A DNA stretch of 64,000 nt from the human T2T-CHM13v2.0 reference genome, Homo sapiens. Both the position numbers and the translations under genes were made by a program. The notes below the pieces were generated by a model. The model saw nothing but the letters and a program-made list of their open reading frames with translations. It was not told the origin of the DNA and made no database searches. This document shows, piece after piece, positions 55,840 to 64,000 of this stretch (its first letter is position 1; every line of letters starts with the position of its first letter). The stretch is taken from the NCBI RefSeq assembly GCF_009914755.1, contig NC_060930.1. The stretch is one strand, 5' to 3'.

Positions 55840-55967
55840 TTTTTTTGGAGGGGATGGAGTCTCATTCTGTTACCCAGGCTGGAGTGCAGTGGCATGATCT
55901 CGGCTCACTGCAACCTCTGCCTCCTGGGTTCAAGTGATTCTCATGACTCAACCTCCTGAGTAGCTGC
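55840..55967 (-). mobile_element. Partial Alu (right arm)
   Basis: GATGGAGTCTC...GAGTAGCTG. Confidence 0.85.
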
Positions 55968-57129
55968 AAATATAGCTTCCTGTGGCTCATGATAAAAACA
56001 AAACAAAACAAAACAAACCCTTCAGAACCCCCTCCATGCACTTTGACATTTCTCTGCCTCTCTTCAAGGCAAAACTTCCCAAAAGGCTGTGCTAACTGCC
56101 TCCATTCTCTTTCTTCTTATTCTTTCCTCAGCCAACTCCCAACACACCTCCATTTTCACTCTCAAAACACTGACACGGTTCTTGTTAAGGTGTTTTGTGA
56201 CTTCCACCCTGCTGGACTTGTGGCCACTTGCTCAACCCCAGCAGCATGTGGTACAGTTGGCCTCTGACTGACTGTTGTCTTGAGGCATCTGTCACACACA
56301 CCTACCTTGTTTTCCCACTGCCTCATGGGAAGCTTCTCAGAACATTTGCTGGCCTGTCATTCTCTTCTGTCTAAGTCCTGAATGCTGGAAGTCCTCACAG
56401 CTATTCCCTTGATTTTCTCCTCTTCTCCATCTATGTTCTTTCTCTAGGTGGTCTTGTCCAGGACCAGGGCTTTAAATACCATTTCTATTGAAATACTGAG
56501 GAATTTTCAGTATGTCCTGTTTTTTCTCATGTCGCTACCAAATTCCAAATTATAAGCCAATCTCCATTCAGATGCCTAACAGTTCATGGCTAATAGTTGA
56601 TTTACATTGGCTTATTTAATGCTCAAATACACACACACAAATACATATACATGCATTCACATCTATCATAGGTTGATATCACATGTATTAACCTGTGTGT
56701 GAGCTGTATCATATATATGTTCATATCTAAAGTGTATTTGTTTTGTTTTTATGTTTTGGGCTTCATTAAAGTTGTATCATCCTGGATGTCCTTTTCTAAG
56801 ACACTGTAATGTGTTTGCTGTATTATATGAGAATATTCATTTCTACCTTAGAAAATAAATAAATTCACCGTATAAGACATTAGTCAAATATCATAAGATG
56901 TGTTGGGTATTGATTATAACAAAGTCAGTAATTTGAGAGATATGGATAGATGAGATTCATAAACTATGTAAATTAAAGATAAGTAATTTACTAAGAATAC
57001 CATGTTTATCTTTGAACATAGATATAAAAGGATATGAAGACCAAGAGACAAATAATATTAGTCAGGCAATGATTTTAAACATGAGTCTCTGAACATTCAT
57101 GGAGGTTTAGAGGCACTCAATCAGGGAAG

Positions 57130-57301
57130 CACTGAAGCTTGTGAAATTCAAATGTGGCCATCTCTTCCCAACTCTGCGTTCAGTGACTTGACTGAATCTT
57201 GAAATCAGCTATGGTGGGAGTGTTTAGAGCACAGAAACTGATAAATACTATAAATGAGCTTATTTTTCCCCCTAAAAAGCCTGTTTAACAACACAGCACT
57301 G
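57130..57301. mobile_element. hAT DNA transposon MITE (MER63-like)
   Basis: TTCCCAACTCTGCGTTCAGTGAC...ATGGTGGGAGT...AACACAGCACTG; family from memory. Confidence 0.55.
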
Positions 57302-59437
57302 CTGACTCAATATTTGTCTGGGCCTAATTCAGTACCCACTGGAGATACCCATTCTGTCTCCATGTGCTCAAGAAACACAAAGCCATGGCAGTTAGTTAGT
57401 TCTTTAGGGAATGGAGCTGTGGCCAGCAGCACTCATCCTTGTGTTTTTCCCATACAGCAAGTGCATGTCATTGGCCCTGATGCCTTTCCTCTGGACACCC
57501 CTGTTTGAACCTCAACTCTGGTTCTCAGAACCACACCATCAGTGGTAAGGCTGGTGCAGCAGAAAGACAGAGAAAGGATGTTTGAACACTTGAACATTCT
57601 GCACACTTGATTCAGGTCATGCGATCCTTCTACCTGCTTGTACTCTATCTCACATGGGATAACATACCCCATTTCCACTCCTCCCCCTTACTTTTTACCC
57701 TGTGTTTTAAATTGACTGTAACTGTGCAATTACAGCACCTAATGTGGTCTGTGAGCCTATCTGTTCTATGACCTCTGGGATAGCTTGTCTGGTAGTGTAC
57801 CTTAGGCTACCAAAGTATCAAGGCATTTTCCTCCATGATAGATGTGCTTTATTCATACAACATTTGTGTTTCTAAGATTAATCTATGTTGTTTCATGCAG
57901 CTACAGTTTCTTCATTTTCACTGCTGTATGATATTGCATTATTTTTAGATTAAAGGTGTTTGGGTTAATTTTTCTTATCAACTATTAAACCTGCCTTAAA
58001 TATGAACTACCAGTTCTGTTTGGTCTGCTCAGTCCCTTAAGTTACTAAACTCCTTAAGTGGCTGCAAAGTTTCCTATCTACAATAGGTGCACCTTTCTAG
58101 GCTCCCTTAGAAGATACAGTACACCGTGTCCTAGAGGCTGGCAATGCTTGAGCCCTTCCACTAAAGGCAGGTGCCTTCTGGGGTAGTCCTATGCCAACCT
58201 TATAAGCTGAGCAATTCCATCCACCAGTACAGTCTGCAGAGGAGCCCCAGGATCATCAGAAATGGCAATTTCTGTAAGATCTACTGAGGAAAGCAGGCAG
58301 GTTCAGCTCACTCCACCTGCCGATGGGATTCTCCAGTGGCTTTCTGTTGGGTGTCTTCAGACAATCATGGGCTCTATGCTCTCTAAACTAGGTTTGGAGG
58401 CCAGAAAGGATCACCTGGCTGGAGCCTCTGAAACAGCCCTTCAACACCAAAGATGAGAAAACTTCTGGAACCTGCACCCTTTGTAGGCTACTGAGATTCG
58501 TCTAGATACTGTCATTTGACCTATTCTGGTTGTTCAGTCTCTATATACTCAGAAAGGGAGTTGCTACTTTCCATAAGGTCACTGTCTTCAGTCCAAGTCT
58601 TTTAACTTTTCTTTCATGCTTTCCATCTCCTGATTTTCTTGTGCTGTATTCTGAGATAATCCCTCAGTGTGATAAACAAAGTGAATTTTCTGATTCCCAG
58701 TTCTAAATGGCAGAGACTAATCCTCCAGAATTGTGAGGGCTTTAGAGTGTGCTGTCAGTCAGGGTGTGTGTGTAGCTTATTTTCTGGACTTGAAGGGTCC
58801 CTGGCTTCTTGGTACTCATAAATTACCTGGAGAGTTACCCTTTTGTTTCTCACCCAGCACCCACTTTAGCAGTCTCCTGTTTCTTAACCATACACTGTCC
58901 ATTTTCCACACTTCCCCAGTATAACTTAGACTTCTTCCTCCAGAATATTCATTCAGAGCACAGTATCCAGGCAGATCATTGTCAGCAAGAAGTTCTCAGG
59001 ACAATTGAGAGCAACTCCAAAGAAGATTAAGTTGAATCTTGACCTTCCACTGAATAATAGTAAACTCCCAAATGTCAGGAATTAATATATAAAGATAAAA
59101 CCATATAAACTGAAGAAAAAAAAGCATGGGTGGAGTTTTTTTTATAACCTTTCCATCTATGACTCAAAATCCAGATGCCATGAAAATGATCAATTTGAAC
59201 ACATAAAAATACTTTTTAAATGCTCCAAGTCATAGTAAAGGCAAAGTCATGCCACAAATGACATCCTAGGGAAAATAACTGAAAGTCATGTCATAGACAA
59301 AGGACCAGTCTTTTTAATTTAAAAATACTTCACTGACATTGAGCAGATGATGAGGAACTATGCAATGAAAAGTTGTCAAGGAACCCAGTGGGAAAATGTT
59401 GGATTGTAGTGTACCCATTTGGATTACATGTCCTTAC

Positions 59438-59525
59438 CTGATAAAGCAATGCTGCAGAGTCTGCTTCGTTCTTGTGGAGGGCCCCACTTTTCCCAAATTG
59501 CAAACTGACCCCCAAGTATTGAGGA
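59438..59525 (-). CDS. SLC17A3: SLC17A3 exon 5 (SSILGG...KWGPPQERSRL...)
   Basis: 88 nt; TTCAG| and CAG|GTAAGG. Confidence 0.96.
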
Positions 59526-59609
59526 CTGAAATTAAAATGATTAGAGTTCTTAATGTGTGGTGCCATGTAGAAATTCATATCCAACTCAGATTTATAAAAT
59601 ATTGGGTAC

Positions 59610-59843
59610 CTGGCTTAGGCCCTGGACTATTCGAGTTACAATGAGCAAGACTATTCCAAAGTCAGTGGCCAGAGGGATGCATAGAGTGAGAAATGAAGTT
59701 GCAAACAAAGAAATGCCAACCACTCGCTTTGTTCCTACTCTTCCAGCCAGGTATCCACTGGGAGCCATTGTCAGTATGCCACCATAGCCAACAGCACCAA
59801 AGATGATGCCTTGGATTTGAGGAGACCAGTCATACACAGGAGC
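59610..59843 (-). CDS. SLC17A3: SLC17A3 exon 4 (APVYDWSPQIQG...VQGLSQ), cassette exon
   Basis: 234 nt, phase 0-0; CTAAG| and CAG|GTACCC; ORF 59592..59882. Confidence 0.95.
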
Positions 59844-60046
59844 CTTAGAGAAACAGAGAATGCTGTAGTAAACCTTACACAAAAAGGTTCTTACATACCC
59901 TAGAAAGCTCCTTTAGACCTTTTGCTTGCTTTCAAATCACTATTTTCTCCATTAAAGTTTTTAAACATACATACTCTAGAAAAATAAATATCCAAGCAAA
60001 TAAACAGCAAAAAGAAAAGCACAAATTTATATCTTATGTTGCTTAC

Positions 60047-60258
60047 CTTTGTAGGAAGACTCTTTGGGGCTTTACTTAGGCCACCAAATGAGTCAACAGG
60101 CAGCACCTCAGAGGAATCATTGAGCTGGGATTGAGGGCTTGTGCTGTTGACCATGGCTACCATGGTGATGTTCATGATGACATTTTGTGCTATCGTTGTG
60201 AAATTGCAGAAATGTAAGACGAGGGCTATTCCATAGCGAGCAGAACATAAACTTGGAA
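60047..60258 (-). CDS. SLC17A3: SLC17A3 exon 3 (VPSLCSARYG...KSLPTK)
   Basis: 212 nt; TCCAG| and AAG|GTAAGC; overlaps ORF 59900..60175. Confidence 0.96.
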
Positions 60259-60559
60259 CTGGAAATATTATGACATCATATTAGTGTTTTTTAAAATTGA
60301 GCTAACATTAGTTTTTCACAAGATATGATTTAAAAAGTACCTGATCACTTAACGATTTAAATCATTACTTAAATGACACTTCTGTTGGCTTTATGAAAGG
60401 AAGATACAAAAGGAGATCACTGAGTTGAGCTAAAGGACGTTTTATACCACAGCTTTGTAGAGCCTAACTTGATCTCGGGGGTTCTGTTCATCCTAGAATT
60501 TTGTATCTACCATTCCTAGGTCATTGTGTTCTACAGTTGATGAAATTACTCACAAGTAA

Positions 60560-60800
60560 ATGCATATACATATGTGTGTGTGTGTATATGTAACACATAT
60601 ATATGAAAAGAAAATATATACATATGAATATGTGCACATATTTAAATAGCTACATATAATTTATAATATATTACATATACTTTGTATGTATAACTATATA
60701 TACATGTATAGCATATAATTTATATGTGACATGTATTGTTATATATTATGCACTATATATTATGTATAATATGTATAAATTTTATGTATGTAAATGAAAT
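60560..60800. repeat. (TA)/(TG)-rich low-complexity tract
   Basis: Degenerate TATA/TATG repeats. Confidence 0.85.
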
Positions 60801-61304
60801 GTAAGTTACACTTTGAAGAGAGTTGTCCATTGGTATAGGTCATTTATATTTTTCACTCAAGTGAAAAATAGTGGAAAAAGAAATGAGCACAGCATTCAAA
60901 TAATCTGTATTTGTACAGCCAGGAAAGATGGCAACTAAAACGCAGAAATCTCATTCTCCGTTTTCCAGATCCTGGCTAAATTGTCCAAAAAATGTAGTAA
61001 AACATAGGGAAATCGGCATTTATGGTTGAAATTAAAGAACTCTTCAGAAGTTAAAATCTGGGGAAAAAATCAGATGAGATTGAATGGTATAAAAGTTTCA
61101 AAGGTTAGGTCTCTACTCAACTTCTTAAAAAGTCTTGCAACATTATATTAAGTGAGTAGAAGGTATCCTGGCAGAACACAGCTAACAGTCTAATTTGAAG
61201 AGCAAATAAAATATAAAATGTATGAGCCAAGAAGCCGTATTTATCTGGGCTCAGATTTATTACACAAGGACTTCAGGCAGAGCAGCTCTTTGGAACTCTC
61301 TCCA

Positions 61305-61456
61305 ACCCTTTCACTTTTTTCTGTGTGGGAAGAAAAGGGACTTAGATCAATGAGATTGGGTAAATAAATGGAGCATGTGTACCCTTTCACTTTTTTCTGC
61401 GTGGGAAGAAAAGGGACTTCAATCGATGAGACTGGGTAAATAAATTGAGCATGTGT
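61305..61456 (+). repeat. 76-bp tandem duplication (2 copies)
   Basis: Units start at 61305 and 61381; 6 mismatches in 76 bp. Confidence 0.95.
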
Positions 61457-61659
61457 AGCTCTGTATCTTCTCCAGACTGCCTGGAAGCTGTCTACTCTCC
61501 TACCATGTAGCTACTTTAGCAGAGCAAGCCTGGGATTGTCCAGTTCACCCTATGCTTGGGTGGATAAATCTATTCAATGCAGGAGAAATAGCAGGGAGCT
61601 GGATTGACCACTCTTCTAGGCCACGTCCTCCAGTCCAGATTTGACATCTTCAATCAATC

Positions 61660-62990
61660 ATCGAACAAAACACTCATCAATCACCTCCAATATTGGGCCC
61701 TAGAAGTGTAGCAGCAAACATAGCACACAAATAGCCCTGTGTTTGGGGACCTCACATTCCAGAGAGAAGCACAAAATATGAAACACAAACAGTAAATCAA
61801 ATAATGTATTAGAAGGTGATAAATGCTGTAGAGAAAATAAAGCAAGAAAGGAGGAAGTCCCAATGACATACCAGAGAGGTGGTCATGCTGACCTCTGGGG
61901 AAAGAACATAACAAGTAGAGGGAACACCCCTGGAGCTGGTTGGAGAGTGCCTGGTATGTTCAAAGAATCAAAAAGAGGGGATTATGACAGAATGGAGTGA
62001 GCCAGGGGTACAAGAAGAGATGTCAGGAAAGCTAGATCATGGGGCCTGAATTGTTCAAGACATGTGGGCCATTGCAGGTACTTTGGCTTTTACTTTGAGT
62101 GGGATGGGGGCCACTGGAGGGTTTTCAGCAGAAGGGGGACATGATATGACTTACATTTTGAAAGGATCTCTTTGGCTGCAGAAATGAGAACAAAACGATA
62201 GGGAGGAAGTGCAGTTAGGAAGCTATTGCAATAATTCAGAAGAGAAGTGAAGCTATCTTGGATTAGGATCATGGCAGTAGCTAAGATGTGGTCAGACCCC
62301 AGATAAATCCCAGCGTGGAAAAAACACCAAATAAGAGTTTCAGTTTTACAGGTGGGTGGAAGGCAAGGAGAAGGGGAGTTTGAGAGGTTCTTGTTCTAAA
62401 CAACAAGAAGAATGAAGTTCTGCTTTCCTAGGAAGAAAGTTCTTTGGAAGGAGCAGGTTTGTAAGGTAGGGTGGTCAAGAGCTTACTACTGGACTTGTTA
62501 AAACAGAGATGCCTCTTAGGCACCAAAGAGAAGATGTTGAGCATGTTGGATATACAGTTCTTAAGTTTAGAAGAGAAGTAGGAGTTGAGGCATAACATTG
62601 GGAGTTAATAACCTACAGAAGATACTTAAAGCCATAAAACTTGGGAAATTGAAATAAATAGAGAAGAGAACCAAAGACTAACTCTGGGGCTCTTCAGTGT
62701 TTGGAGGTTGAATAGATGGGGGAGGAACAAACAAAGGAAAGTGAAAAGGAATGGGTGGTGGGATAAGAAGAAAACCAGGAGAGTGCGGTGTCCTGGAAGC
62801 CAAGGGGACAAGAGTTTCAGGGAAGAGGAAGTCAGTAGGTACTTCAAATGTCCGTGATAGGTCATGTAACATGATGTCAAATCCTCACAATAACGCTATG
62901 AAGCAGCTATTACTACTATTTTACAGATGAAGAAACACAGGCACAGAGAGACCAGCTCACAATGTAGCTCATGTGTCTATGCTCTTAACT
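61660..62990. mobile_element. L2 fragment followed by MIR (about 62880-62990)
   Basis: L2-like TTTTACTTTGAGTGGGATGGG..GGAGGGTTTT; MIR core TTTTACAGATGAAGAAAC..AGGCACAGAGAG. Confidence 0.7.
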
Positions 62991-63823
62991 ACTGTAGCAC
63001 ATATATATGGTGGCTTCTGTTTTGTCCAAGATGATTCCATGAGAATACTTCTGTGATTAATACAATCCACGTGCACCCAGCTGTAGGGTTTATGTGGCTC
63101 TGTGATGTGGGATAAAGAGGTGCCTTGAGATTAATAAAGGAGGATTCCCCTTATGGCTATGCTATCTTCTATTGATGAAGTACAAGTCTTTGTAGTGAAT
63201 TAACTGAAACATAGTATCTTTGTAAGGGTTTTTTTCAATCTGATTCAGCACTGGTGGTGACTTCCTCTATCAATCAAGTCAACTAATAATTTGTGAGTTC
63301 TTGTGGCCTCTGATTTTCCCAAGTTCCCTTGGGATCCCAGGTGTCAAAAGCTACCAAAAAGGGTATCAGCAAACCAAGAGACTAATGGCTTACAAATGAG
63401 GAGGTTGAACATTTGCCTCATGAGAATGTTGAAAGATTAACTAGAGAGTGTATTTAAAAGGCTTAGTCTGGTGCTTGCCAGATGTTAAGTGTTTCCTACA
63501 GCCCACTATTTGTGTCCTTAAAAGTTATTTGTGTCCTGTGTCCATTCTGAATGAACTATACCAGTTGTGCCTACTCTAATAGATTGGTGCCAGTGATGTG
63601 CTGTCTGTTAAATTTTTTTGTGATCACCCCTAGCTATACAAGAATGTGTGGGTCTGTATGCATGTGAGAAATTGTAAATTAAGAAGCACCTGAGGGTATT
63701 CTATTTAACTACTGGAAGAGGGCACTGACACCATGAAATCATAGGTTTTTGAATGTGAGAGGTTATATTAATGAATTCAGTACTACTGTACTCAGAATCC
63801 AGAAAGCTTATTTCTTAATTTGA

Positions 63824-64000
63824 TGTGACAGACAGACCTTAAGGTGGCCCCAGTGATTACCACCTCATGGTATCCTCACTTTTATCTAATTCCCTTCCCT
63901 TGTATGGGGCCAGGACCTTTCACTTGCTTGTATCCAACAGAATACGGCAAAGGTGATGGGACGTCAACCCCATGATTACATTATGTTATATAAGACTCCA
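63824..64000 (+). mobile_element. MaLR MLT1 LTR start (truncated by the window edge)
   Basis: TGTGACAGACAG..TAAGGTGGCCCC...AGAATACGGCAAAGGTGATGGGA. Confidence 0.75.

Overview
Primate (very likely human) genomic DNA from the SLC17 organic-anion/urate transporter cluster (human 6p22.2), not a prokaryotic window. Two tandem paralogous genes lie on the minus strand. SLC17A1 (NPT1): non-coding exon 1 near 29.8 kb and coding exons 2-10 down to 9181; the last exons are off the left edge. SLC17A3 (NPT4): coding exons 3-12 from 60258 to the stop at 43197 plus a 3'UTR exon; exons 1-2 are off the right edge. All exon boundaries were read from the sequence (GT-AG, phases add up). The rest is mostly transposon debris: nested L1s (one with a twin-priming inversion), about 12 Alus, L2/MIR, MaLR/ERVL LTRs, and an ERV1 (HERV-H/F-like) pol-env-LTR remnant about 4 kb upstream of the SLC17A1 promoter. 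I found no new biological system. The best leads are: a stop-free frame through the spliced SLC17A1 5'UTR back to an in-frame ATG; three apparent missense alleles (NPT1 Ile269, NPT4 Thr100 and Arg279), the last creating a tandem splice acceptor; weak splice sites on the skipped SLC17A3 exon; and inverted Alu pairs. Repeat subfamily names and rs identifiers are from memory and need database confirmation.
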